A stretch of DNA of 64,000 nt from Dicyema japonicum (lineage: Eukaryota > Animalia > Dicyemida), in assembly GCA_011109175.1 (NCBI GenBank), contig RDEW01000056.1, forward strand, positions 124,001 through 188,000, read 5' to 3'. The notes below the pieces were generated by a model that worked only from the letters and a program-made list of their open reading frames with translations, was not told the DNA's origin and made no database searches. Each line of letters opens with the position of its first letter. The first letter of the stretch is position 1. The translations under genes and the position numbers were made by a program. Positions 23,180-35,379 of the stretch are shown here, one piece after another.

Positions 23180-23760
23180 ATGCTGAAAGCAAGTGTTGCA
23201 TAAAGAAGACTAAATGATTGGCATAAGTTGGTCAGTGTCGATCCAGGGAAGTTTCTGAGTCCTCTTCCATGCCGCCGATAATGGCCTATCTCCTCTTCAA
23301 ACTCATACCTTCGCATTCCAGTCTCCAACAAGTTCAGTCATTGTCCTCCCCAATCCCTTGTAGAACAAATAAGATCTTCTAAATTCCTCATAAAACGGCC
23401 ACTGTGTGGAACATAGATTTTTATGATCGTAGTAAGTCTCCTCGACTCTATTAGCATCCATTTTTAATTGCAATACACAGATCCTGTCGTTGACTTTCCA
23501 GTATCTGTACAAACATGGGACAATGTCTTTATGTATAGAAAATCCTTGAACATAGAATCTCGAATCCGAGGAAGCAACTTTAACACGTAGTTTCCTACAG
23601 GCAGCATACCGATCCGCCATATTTTGGAATGTCCGAACACAATGTGCGTCTCTTCGTAAAATCTTTGTGTCCATTGGTGTTGAAGATAAGAAAGGTTAGT
23701 TCATTTTGAAGTCTCAAACTCTTTTAGACATTTATGCAATTAAGGCGCGTAAACACCTCA
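23180..23760 (-). mobile_element. Decayed RTE endonuclease region
   Basis: QGFSIH...YWKVNDRICVLQ...VGDWNAK, homologous to the N-terminus of the full-length RTEs. Confidence 0.75.
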
Positions 23761-24069
23761 GACAATTTTTTATCTTAAATATTAATTTAAAAAATTTCTA
23801 TTTAAAAAAACTTTAGTTAAATTTATTATTTTATAAATAATTTAGTGAGAAATCGATTCGTTTCCTAAAGAAACTTGGACGCCTAGCTACACTAAAAAAG
23901 CCAAGACGCACGTGAGACTCGGTGGCTTCTCCAGTTGATTTCTGTTGCGATCGGAGAGGCAACTCAACGTCGATTATGTAGACAGGGACCGCTTTTGATT
24001 GATTTTTGTATTTTTTGTTAATGATTTATTGCCTTTAATTTAAAATTGAATAAAACAAAATTAAAAAAA

Positions 24070-24660
24070 ACAATGAATTCAACCAATTTGCCAGAGACAG
24101 GATTTCTTAGAATCGATTTCCATTTCGCTGAGGACAGTTTACTCCGTCCTTGACATATCTCCTCCCAGACTGGTCAGAGAGATCATCTCGGTGGACGGAG
24201 CAAAGGATCTTGGTATTTACTCATATTTATGCAAAGAACAACTGATTAGCCTTTCTTTGGAGATTTATATTGAACGAACCTTCAATCCATGTGAAGCTTA
24301 TTCGTATACCAAAAAAGGGCGGCTGGACTGATTCGAGTGAGATTGAAGGGGCCAAGGACGCTACGGGGGATGTCCTCATTTTTCTTGACTCACATTGTGA
24401 GGCAACATCTGGTAGAAGACACTCTAACATTTGAGGGGAGAGAACTTGGAAATATCCTTCAGAGTATAAAATAACTAAATATGTTACTTGGATGTGCGGG
24501 GGATCTCTCCAAATCCACTCCTGCTTGTTAGTGGGGCATATCTTCTGCACCAAGAATCCATATCAGTAGGGAATAAAAATGGACGTCTTTACTCTAAATT
24601 AACTACGACTAGCCCACGTGTGGATTGATGAGTACAAGAATTACTACATAAATTCTTCTG
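24070..24660 (+). pseudogene. Polypeptide N-acetylgalactosaminyltransferase (GALNT family) pseudogene with an internal deletion
   Basis: SLRTVYSVL...REII, RLKGAKDATGDVLIFLDSHCE, CGGSLQIHSC..VGHIF, RLAHVWIDEYKNYY; stops and frameshifts. Confidence 0.85.
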
Positions 24661-25684
24661 GTCCTTATTAACTTAGCGTCGCACCTCATAGTGAGAGCAA
24701 ACTTTGTAGTGGATCCTGATCTTTTCCAACAAGATAATTTTTCCGTAGAGGAAAAAACCACCCCCACATACATATAATAGTGATGGGAGAATGACTCGTT
24801 GGAAGACAAAGAAAAAAGTATCCAACCAAGCATTCGTAGACACAACATTGCTTGAAAGCCTTCTACCTCCTTGCTGCAATCTCTACCTTTGCTTGTCTTA
24901 ATGATTAAAATATAAATCTCTTGAGAGTTCCCTTTGGGAGTTAGTTTCCTGTTTAATTAAACGTGGCACGTGATCGTTGAATCTCTCTGCTCTTCTTCGG
25001 TAAGAAAGGGCACGGTGTCCGTATATATCGACTGCTCCGTGGTGTGCTCAATATTTTTCAATCCCAGTCGAGTGGGAGTCCAGATGCAGACTGTCTCGTC
25101 GAGGCGTGTTTCACTACTAATTTCTCTCACTACCAATTCTCCCTAAAGAACCCAGTCCAATAGGTCACGTGATATGTAATACATGTCTTAATCTAAGTTT
25201 TTCCTTCTAAGACCATCTGGAAAATAACATGGCTCATGTGGTAACACCTAAGGCAGAGGTTCCCAAACTTATTCAGGTCATCGCCCCCTTTAACAAACTT
25301 TTAAAAAATATCGCCCACCAGGAAAACCTATATGGCAACGAGTTGGAAATAAAAAATTTAATAATTAATGTGAACAATGATGTTGCAAAAAGTTAGACAC
25401 ATTTTTCTCAATATTTAGGTTCAGTTTTGTAAGCCTAATCCGTAGATCTTCTCTTTCAACAATATCCAAGCGGTTTCTCCTTTTGGTAATTAGCTGTGAT
25501 ACAATACTGAAGCCTCTCTCAACCAAATAAGAAGTGGGGAAAACAATAAAAACAATTTTGATTTTTTCCATAACATAGGATATTTTTCAGGAATATCTTT
25601 TTTTAACCAAAAATCTTGATACGACGGTTGTTTAAAAGTGAATTTAGTTTAACTTCGCCTAAATTAATTTAAAAAGTAATTATG

Positions 25685-26035
25685 TTATCCAATTAAGTCG
25701 TGTCCGACCCTTGGAGATCTCATGAACGAGTTTCCTTCACTCTCCCCGATCCGTTGCAATTTGGAGTAGCCTTTACATAGGCATTCCCGTGACGTCTTCC
25801 ACCGTGGATAGCCACCGAGTCCTCGGTCGACCAGGTCTTCTTTTCCTAGTAATATTGGTCAACATAATGGTTCTTTCCAGGGAGTCAGAGCGGACAACAT
25901 GCCCAAAGAACGCTAATCTGTGTTTTACGATTCTTCCTTCTAGCGAAATGTCCGTCTCCACCCGTTTGAGTACATCGGTGTTTGTTATTTGGAAGTCCAA
26001 GGGATTCTTAGTAACCTCCTCCAGCATATTACCTT
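25685..26035 (-). mobile_element. RTE-BovB-like LINE 3' fragment nested in the hAT
   Basis: LAFFGHVVR.DSLERTIML...RRPGRPRTRW; 3' end GGGTCGGACACGACTT resembles BovB-type termini. Confidence 0.8.
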
Positions 26036-26659
26036 GATTAAATTAATATCAGCAAATTGTAATTTCACATTAATTCATTAACTTAGCAAAAATATCCGCT
26101 AAGTAAGCCAGATCATGTTTAACGGATTCTAGTTCCGGGCCAATTTGAGAAAATCTACAACAGTGCTGAAAAGAGAGAAAATCCGCGCCAAACAGTCGCC
26201 CTTTGATTACCACCGTACTTCAGTGTGTATTAATAATCGTATAAAATCTTCATCATTTTCAATACATAGCTCTCGACTAAGATGTGAATTTAATTTTGTT
26301 AATAGCAGAAATAACTGTATTGAGAGAGTCATGTAGACGACCATTTGTATTTTTAGCAACCAGATGCTGTCGATGGATTACGAAATGAATAGTCATTACA
26401 TTTGGTACGTGTTCTTTTAAGTATGCCACAAACCGCGATAGCGACCAATTATTGAAGGTGCCCATCAGTTGCACATGCAACTATATTTGTTAATGGTATA
26501 TCTGTAAGACAGAAAAATTCATGGACTGTCGAACATTGATTTCCCCTTTGTATCAGTTTCAAGCTTTCGAGCAAAAAGTAATTGTTGAATAATAAAAATA
26601 CACCGCAAATCACGCTAGTGTTAATTTAAAATTACAAGTTCACCATACTGAATTTCTAT

Positions 26660-26870
26660 TATATTAATTTATTTTATTTATTAACCCAGGATATACCGAT
26701 AAATAAGTTAAAGTAAACGACTAATTAAGTGAATCCAGTTTCCACTTCTACAGAAACAGAGTCCATCCGGAATCAGCATAAAAGGTAAAAGACGTCCATT
26801 ACATGCAGTTGTGGAAACCCCTCCAGTGGAGTGGGGAAGAGCAAGTGATTTTTTTCGTGCCGGCCTGGCA
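26660..26870 (-). repeat. Dispersed repeat, probably a LINE 3' end; inverted copy at ~47390-47580
   Basis: CCAGTTTCCACTTCTACAGAAACAGAG and TGCAGTTGTGGAAACCC are shared as reverse complement. Confidence 0.7.
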
Positions 26871-27832
26871 CTGGACGTCACCTAAACAGGTGGATCACGT
26901 GACGCCACACTATTAGGAAGAGAGAGGAGGGACAGACAAGCAGAAAACTTCAACCAATTAACCACGCAGAATCACATGGCGCCATGCGGCTAAATTTTAA
27001 ATTAATTAAATGTATTATATAAATTTTACGAATAATTTATTATCGCCCCTTGAAATTAAAAATGCCCCCGATAAACGATTTACTCATAAACGCCACCTTT
27101 GAATTTCTTATCGCCCACTTTGGGAATCCCTGACCTAAGAAGATAAAATAGCTCTTTAATCCCTCAAACACTCTTGACCAACTAAAGAGTTTTTCGATTG
27201 GGCTTAATTTGACATCGATGACCTTAAACAACAATTTTTAAACTTCACACTACAGGATAGTCTAGTAACCACCAAAAAAGCCACATTGGACTGTTAACCA
27301 TTGGTTCCCTTAGGAAGAAAAGACTGGAGTAAATAAATAAACTGTAATATTTTCATTGCGTAACAAGAATTTCTGATATAAGCCACCACGTGATGTGATT
27401 AAGGTTAACAACATAAATATTGACACCGTCATGAATAGACGCAATATTGATTCTTCAGTCGACTGCTTTAACAACTCTTGAATTATATTGGGCACTGGAA
27501 ATGTCTCCACTGAATTTTTGCCTTTTTAATTCCTAAGAAGAGTCATGCGGTTTACCTAGCCAAGGAGATCCCCAGTGACTGGCTGGCATCCAAAAAATCT
27601 ATATCTTCCTTAGGGTGTTGGAATGGACAAGATTCGAACCCGGATCCGACGTGCATCCGACACTTCTCTTGTTCAGAATTTGGTTTTCAATGCCTCCGTG
27701 CCGCGACACCTCTTTCGTGCTCAATTAGAAAAGGAAGACAAGGAGACCACCCACGTGGCAAATATCATAATTCAGCTTACATCACACCAAAAAATCAAAA
27801 TTAATACTAATAAACTAATCCACGACCACCCC

Positions 27833-28960
27833 TCACTTGGGCTCAAATGTCCTCCCCCTAAAATGAACAACCAATGCTTACGAGGCTGTCTTCTTCTCCA
27901 CAGGTTTTTCATATTTGCACCGATTTATCCTCTTCATCAACCCCACACTCTGGTCCCTCAACCTCGATATGAAGAACATCTAAGAATCACCCACATCCCC
28001 CACATTGTAGTTGGAGACCGAATAGTAGATTTGCATAGGCATAATTGTAAGTATCTTAGCCACCATCTCCCTCTTCGAGAAAAGCCTCCCATCGACCACT
28101 TTTAACATATTTTAGGGGACCAACTCATGGATAAGTAAATTGTGTTGCTGTTGGGTGACACATTGAACGCCTTCTTAAGCTCCTTTGGGGGATCTCTTTC
28201 ATTGTATGTCACCAAGGGGGCCATATTGTTGTACTTCTGGAGGTTCTTCAATTCCTTAAACTACCAAACACGTGACAACCTGAGCAAACTGTTTCAAAAA
28301 CAGGAAGTAGATTGAATCCTCACTGTAGATGGAGAAGAACATCCAGAAAACCTGATTCTCGACCATGAGGTACCTATTCAGTCACAACAACTTGAGTACA
28401 GCTTGTCCGACCTTCCAAGGGGGAGAGTCAGTTTCTCAGGTGTCTTAGAGTTAGCAGCAGCGTCGACGAAGTGGTTAACAAGAGCAGAGATGCACTGAAT
28501 TTGAGAAACTGGGCCTTCTTGATCTCCTCAGAAATCTCCTCACTGAGTGGGGGAGTCAAGTCGTACTTGAGGACCGCAGTTGAATTTGATTCAAAGGAGA
28601 TGGACTCCTTGTAATATTGTTTTAATGACTAATAATTAATTTAATTATCACATTTTGAATAATATCAGTTAAATTATTCATAAGGGGAAACAAAATTTTA
28701 AGCTGAAATAAAATAATGAGACACCTGGATAACGTAGCGACTGTCTCCCAAGTTGCTAAATTTGTAGACAATGTCGAAAAAATCTAACTTAATTACACTT
28801 TGAAGGGCTTACCGTGTGCTTCTCCCTTGATGGGGTCTGGCTTGTTGCTATTGGTTAAACAGTGGTATTACCCTTTCTGTACAGCATTGAGCCTCGATTC
28901 CAGTATCTCGCTGATCACTTTAGTGCCAATGCTTAATATTGCCTGATTGGTCGAGTCCAT
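27833..28960 (-). CDS. ARPC2: Arp2/3 complex subunit 2 (p34-Arc), divergent, about nine tiny introns
   Basis: Spliced product MDSTNQAILSIGTKVISEIL...GNKPDPI...DFFDIVYKFSN...LKYDL...APLVTYNERDPPKELK...SRLRDQSVGLMKRINR...EKKTASGRTFEPK* is colinear with ARPC2; one apparent 1-nt deletion at ~28501. Confidence 0.8.
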
Positions 28961-29074
28961 CAGAATATTGCTTTTTATGGTATTTAAATTGGTTTTATTT
29001 ATTTTTTGAATTATTATTTTTTAATTAATATTTAATTTAATAATAATTCATAATTATACCTTTTCTAAAATCAC

Positions 29075-30075
29075 TCATGATATTATATTATTGACCCCAT
29101 CATCTTTAATTCCCTCATTGGTGAGATTATTCGACTGCCATGTAGTACTAGTCACCCACGTGCCGCAGTTGTATGTTTTCTTAGCTAACTCCCTCCCAGT
29201 TCTTACAACCAGATATGAAGCATTCATCTTCCCTATGGAGATTTTCTCTGTTAGGCCAATGTTCCACCAATTCAACTTACTATGGCGGTTAACTCTCGCA
29301 TGGCGGGCAAACTTTTGGATCGATCATCTACCAACGGAAGCTACGACCCGTCGGATAATCTTAGAACTTAGTCTACCAGCATTCATACACGGTCGGGTGG
29401 TCCCAAATCCGTATGGAAGCGTCCGTCTGACTTTTATGCTCTCGTTGACAAGCGTTTTCCTTCAGTTGAGGAAGTACCTGACACTGGTTTCTTATATCCC
29501 CCGTATCGATTTTGCGTTAGCTGCATATCAAGATCCTTTACTATTCTTCTCAACGTCCGATATTTAGAATTAAATTAAGTGGTCTCTTCAGTAAGACTGC
29601 CTCATGGGGGTGGAGGCAGAACAAGGACCAAGCATATAAGGTGGCCTAAGACATAGTTCAGACATCATTTGATGAGAAGGCGCAGACAATAGTCTTGGAA
29701 AAATGAATAAACTGAGATGGAAGTAACTCAAACAAGAGGGGCAATTAACTCCAAATATGAATTCGGATAACACGTCAAATGCGGTATATTCCTCGAGTCA
29801 ATCTTTAACTAGTATCAAATCAAAGTCCATATTTGAATCACTCGGTAGATATATATATTTCACGGTTCTCGAAGCAATTTTCGTCTCCTATCAGTATAGA
29901 CATCATATAGAAAGTATCTCCTTCCACCAGGACATAAAATACCTCTAGCATTAAATATAAGAAGTTTCATACGGAAACATTCTCTTGTACAGTCCGACCT
30001 CGAAATGGAGCAAAAATTCCCCAATTTTGAGGTTTTCCAGAATGGAATTTGCTTATGAGGCTGGCGGACAGGCAT
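29075..30075 (-). CDS. Unidentified spliced gene
   Basis: ATG preceded by TTTTTTAGC; GC-richer coding-like tract with short GT-AG introns between AT-rich spacers; exact structure unresolved. Confidence 0.35.
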
Positions 30076-30199
30076 GCTAAAAAAGTTGTTGATTGCTATA
30101 TAACTTTTTCGTTGGTTAAATAAAACTGGGTTTGAATTTAGTTACTAATTTCCCTAATTTTGGGTTTTATTTATAAAAAATTCATATTACTATTAAAAT

Positions 30200-30512
30200 G
30201 ATAAGTCACAATAAAATTGAGGTTTTCCCCGCAATTTGTGTATCCCGAAACGAAGGTCGGACTGTTTCTTTTTACATATTCTCCTCAATTTTATACTTGA
30301 CAAATTGGGGGGACTCAATTTTACACGAGTATGAGGAGAGAGGTGATGTCGTATCTCAACTTTGCAAGATCACCCCGTATACTACCAAGGACTTTTAATT
30401 CCCAATCACTTATTTTCAGAGGTAACTTGTCATGTAGTTCGTTCACTGAGTACATTGGTGGAGTTAGTCGCAATTTTTTGAGTTTGGGAAAGATAATAAT
30501 GGCTCCACTCAT
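30200..30512 (-). CDS. Small unidentified gene (MSGAIIIFPKLKKLRLTPP...)
   Basis: ORF 30321-30512 plus a probable short intron; flanked by AT-rich spacers. Confidence 0.3.
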
Positions 30513-30525
30513 TATTTTTTAAGAG

Positions 30526-33500
30526 ACCTTTTATTTTTTATTTAAAGCACTCCCGAGAAGTCATAAAATTAATCAAGCCTCCCTTGTGCCGTATTTCTAG
30601 CCATCCTCTCTATCAGCCTCTTCCAGGACCCTCTACTTCGTGCCAGTTCCCTTAAGGTATCTAGGTCGTCTGCGGAAGTGAGCTTCAGTCCCACAGCCGA
30701 CAGGTCTCCATTCAAAATAGTTGGGAGTGTGACTCTTGGTCTTCCACGGAAACCGGCTCCCGTATGCATTAGGTAGTTTTCCATGGCGATATTCGCGGGT
30801 ACTTGAGCATTTAGACGTAAGATATGTCCAAAGAGACTCCATCTTGATCTGAAGATCTCCTCGGATAGTATACCAGATTTGCACTTCGAGTAGAGGTCAT
30901 TGTTTGAGATCTTCTTAGGCCACTTGATCTTGATTACTGATTTCAATTGTGTCCTGTGGAAAGCGTCAAGACGGTCCATCTCTTGTTTAGAGATTCCCCA
31001 AGTGCCTGAATTGTAGGTCAGGACGGGGATGACAAAAGCCTTATATATTCTGAGTTTGGTGTTTAATCCCATCCTCTTCTTATGACCCCACATATTCGAT
31101 ACTTTCTTTAGTGCACACATTGCGAGGATTTTCCTCCGAGAAACATCTTCTGAGTCCCCGAGAAGCGAACCCACCTTCTTTTGCTTTCTCCAAGACTCGT
31201 CCGATCTTCGATCATTGCGTGTAAGTGTTGTGAACTCTGTTTTATCGGTGTTAACGGTTAAGAACCATTTCGAGAATACGTGTGGAAGAACGTTAAGCAT
31301 GTGTTGAAGTACTTGAATATCCTCAGAAACAAAGTCCAGGTCGTCCGCGTAGATTATCTCGTTATAATTGTTGCCAACCAGGGGTCTGAACTCTCTTAGT
31401 GCGGCCTCAAGGTAGACAATAAAGAGGACCGGGGATAGTGAGTCCCCCTGTGGAACTCCACGTGAGGTCGAAAAAAAGTTAGAGGTAGAGTCACCAATTT
31501 TGACGGCAAGTTGAGTGTTCCGCATGAGTAAGTGTATTATTTTGACATCGTCAGGCAGTAGAAAACTCTCCAACACTTCCATAAGTTTTCCACGGTCCAC
31601 CGAGTCGAACGCACGGGACATGTCGATACCAAGTATCTCAATAGATTTTTTGTATTTTTGGCACAGGGCACAATACCACCTGTGCCCCCATACCACGTCA
31701 GCCGTGGACCTGCCCGTCCGGAATCCACTTTGGCCGTCCGAAAGAAATATGTTCACCCTCTCCTTTATTCGGTTTAAAGCAATGAGGGATAATGTTTTTC
31801 GTATGGAGGTTAGGAGTATAATAGGTCTGAAGTTGTGAGGGGGCCTTTACTTTTTCCCGGTTTTTGTAGTGGAATTAGCCACCCTTTTCCCAGTTCCAGT
31901 TCATCTGCACCCTCGAGAGACCGGTTGAAAATGTTAGTAATCATTTCAATTAGCTCCTCCGGGCCGTATTGTAAAAGTTCTGCAGTAATGAAGTCTGGTC
32001 CGGCAGATCTTCCGGTATTTAATTTTTTAATAGCTTGTTGAGTTTCGGATATGGTAATAGGGCTAGTTAGAGTGTACTTGTAAGACTTCCGAGATTTCAT
32101 TGCTTGGTCAGCCGCGTCCTGTTTGTTGAACATAAGGTCAAAATGGGATGCCAGAACGTTTGCTTTGTTAATGGTCCCGATAACGTCGTGACCAAGGTTG
32201 TCATGGACAGTTAACGAAATTGGACAGTTTTCTCTGCTAAGAAGCCGGATTGCTTTGAACATTCTTGGTCCGTTCTTGTACTTTAATATGTCTGAGATTT
32301 TCTCCTCAGCTTCATTTTTGGCAAGGAATCTTTGTATTTGTTTGATCTTCGTTAAGACTCTCCCTCTCTGGGTGCGCAGTACTTTGATATCTTCCGGAGC
32401 GTTTGTGTTTTCCATCCGGAGTCTGAGCTCTTTCTGTGTTACAGAGAGTTGTCCGATATCCGGATTACATTGTTTGTGACGAGATTTGGTGATGTGACCA
32501 AGCACACTAAAGGCTGTGTTTTGGATAGCAACCACTATTTCATCCCATAAGCTGTTTGTCGGCTGATTTTGGTTAATACTGTTGATGCTATCTCTCAGAA
32601 CTGCACTATAACGACATTTGGTGGATTCTTCGTAGCGTAACCTCTCAGTGTCGAAACGTACTGAGGTAAGGCCTTTGTGTTTCCCGTGTATTCCATGGAT
32701 TCTTTTAAGTACTAGCCGGGCGACCACAAGTTTATGATCGCTACTTGTTTCAAGTCCACCGTAAGATCTCGAGTCCTGTAGGAGGGCCTTCTGATGTTGC
32801 TTGCAGATAATATAGTCGATCTGATTGTATATATTGACTGTGTTTCCAGATTTGCCTTTTCTGGTACCAACCCACGTGGTCCTGTGTCTTGCCGGGTGCT
32901 TGAAACAAGTGTTGCATATGAGTAGGTTGAATGCCGTGCAAAATTGTATTAATGCCTCTCCGGGGATGTTACGGCGGTTTCTACCGTGGGATCCAATACA
33001 CGTTTCACCAGGTCTTGCTTTTCCGGCCCTGGCGTTCCAGTCCCCGGCGATAAAAAGAAAGTAAGAGGATGAAAGTGAGTTGTACACACTTGTGAGAGTA
33101 GAGTAAAACGTATCCAGTTCTTCGATATTCGTTGATACACGTGCTCCGGTTGGGGCATATACATTTATGATGGAGATCACTGAGTTGAGTTTGTTTCCGC
33201 ATTTGATTTGTAACACCGCGACACGGTCAGATACTGCCCATACTCTTGAGACACAGTGAAACAAGTGCCGATGAACAGCAAATCCGAGCCCATAGTGCCT
33301 GCAGTCTGGTGTGAGGGTCAAAAGGTAAAAATTCTGAAACAGTTCTGCAGATTGTTCGGTTATTTTCGTCTCTTGCAAACAACAGACAGAGATGTTGTAT
33401 TTACTCAGATCACGCGCCAATTGTTGTTTCTTGTAGCACTGATTGAGGCCTCGGCAGTTGAGGGATCCAAGAGTGAGGGGAGAAACTGGTAAGCAATACG

Positions 33501-33544
33501 AAGAAGACATAGTGCAAGTAGAGGGACGTCACCACCTCAACCAA
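30526..33544 (-). mobile_element. Full-length RTE LINE, copy 2, near-identical to copy 1; ORF 30569-33510 broken by one missing G
   Basis: G5 at 31839-31843 versus G6 at 14421-14426; only a handful of other substitutions; no clear TSD. Confidence 0.95.
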
Positions 33545-33642
33545 AAAAAAAATAAATTATGTTTATTAAAATAAATGTAAACTAATATATAAAAATAAAC
33601 AATATTTAGAAATAAGAGGGAATATTTAAAAATTGTCTTGTT

Positions 33643-34414
33643 ATGGAATTAAGTTATAAAGTAAAGAAGCGATTTCCATACGGCAATTATGACCGTTATT
33701 ACGGCTATAGAATTGGAAATAAGGAGGACCCCAGGATAGAGGCAATGAAGGATGTCTGGTTCAGAGACAAAAAAGTATTAGACATTGGCTGCAATGTTGG
33801 CTATGTAACCATCATGATCGCCAAAACGTTTCTGCCCCGCCACATTCTCGGAATCGACATCGACAGGAGTCTATTACTCAAAGCCTCCCGTAAGATCCTG
33901 CATCAAACGCCATCTGACTCATTTCCTTCCAATATTGCCTTCCACTATGTAACTATCCTTATATCTTCCATTTTACTGATAAATATGTAATTTAACAGGA
34001 AAATTACGTTCCATGTGACTTTGAGGAGTACATCCCAGTGAGACGGTACGACACGATATTGGCCTTATCTCTCACTAAGTGGATTCATCTAATAAATGGG
34101 GATAAGGGCCTCAGAAGTACGTTTAGACGAATGCATGATGATCTGGTCCCTGGAGGACTTATTATTGAGATTCAGCGTGGGAAAGCTATGAGAAGAATCG
34201 AAACTCGTCGGTTTACGTTTGTCTTATTTTACTAGGAAAAGGCCTCTTTGAATTACCCGAATTTGAAGTTCATGCCTGAAGATTTTAGGAGGTACTTGGT
34301 TGAAGATTTGATGTTTGTATTTGTTGAAGACGTCGTTTGTGATGAGTGTACAATGGGTTAGGGACCTCTCTCTATTTAGGTTTCTCGAGGCCTCTCTCAG
34401 TTTTTCAAAAGTGA
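33643..34414 (+). CDS. MEPCE: 7SK snRNA methylphosphate capping enzyme (Bin3), methyltransferase domain only, 3 introns
   Basis: YGNYDRYYGYR, VLDIGCNVG, GIDID, YDTILALSLTKWIHLINGDKGL, GFSRPL; apparent 1-nt deletion at ~34176 (expected QPWESY). Confidence 0.88.
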
Positions 34415-35379
34415 TTTGTTTCTCTCAGTTTTTCAAAAAGTTTGTTTTCACGTAATTGATGACTCCCTTGTCTCCCTAAGGCATATTTTCCAGGTTCCTC
34501 CATTTTGTGGGAGATGGGATCCGAATTAGGATGTTGGCGTATCCTATGCTTTGTTAGTTCACGTGTGTATTCTGAGTCCATTAGGGAGGAGGTAAGATGG
34601 CGTATCCACCATGAGTAGATGAAGAAATATAGTGTAAGGGAGCTCATCTGATGTGATAAATCAAAGGGGACAATACAAGAGATGAGGTGACCGTTTAGAT
34701 GGCAGAGAGGACACAGCGACTGAGCCCATCGTCATGTGGTCATGTAAATCAATGCAATTAAGGATACAAACTTCCCGGGATAGGGAAGTTCTCTTTCATT
34801 GGTAACCGTAAATTGAGGGACCACGTGGGCGGGTTCTTAGATAGAAGTGGTCGAAATTTTGATTTGCATATTATAGCTAAAATGCGATTTTGGAGATTAA
34901 TTCGACGAAAATGCGATTTTGAAAATTAATTTGATAAGAGTCACGTGTCGTGACGGTAAGGACGTGTGGAGAAAATGAAAGGGAGGACCTACTTCTTCAC
35001 CTCTCTTCAGAAGCGGAAGCCTGTAATGGATTATTGGAGGATGAATTTGATCGTCACAAGCAGACGTTCTCCCGTACATTCCCTCCATGATTAATTGACT
35101 CTTTGTGCTAGTGCTTACCAAAGATTGTACACCTGTAATCATCAAATAATTAAATAACTCTTCATATCCATCTTCACCTATTGACACATCCAGAAGTTTT
35201 GTATACGACGCTCTAACATGGCTTTGTTCCATAATTGGCTATTGTGTCTTGAATCACCGTTTTCATTAGCTCTATCAAGTAGTTTTCTTCAGTGCTGAGG
35301 ACATTCTTTAATCGATATTTTCTATCACTTTAACCAGTATATCCACCCACGTGGTTCATATGGTTTATTGGAACTTGCA

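Larger units (their letters stand above)
25254..27132 (-). mobile_element. hAT (Buster/Charlie, SCAND3/ZBED-like) DNA transposon, degenerate, with nested LINE fragments
   Basis: TIRs CAGAGGTTCCCAAA and TTTGGGAATCCCTG; 8-bp TSD ACCTAAGG/ACCTAAGA; FPTSYLVERGFS...RNRLD and HFVIHRQHL motifs. Confidence 0.9.
24700..27768 (-). pseudogene. Unidentified spliced gene interrupted by the hAT element at 25254-27132
   Basis: Coding-like exons with short GT-AG introns on both sides of the insertion (e.g. GELVVREISSETRLDETVCIW...); no family recognised. Confidence 0.35.

Noticed and set aside
27623-29567. Plus-strand ORFs of 160 aa (27623-28105) and 158 aa (29091-29567)
   Set aside because: They are antisense shadows of spliced minus-strand genes, with no recognisable motifs.
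34450-35340. Possible minus-strand spliced gene downstream of MEPCE
   Set aside because: Coding-like composition, but I could not build a consistent model or recognise a family.
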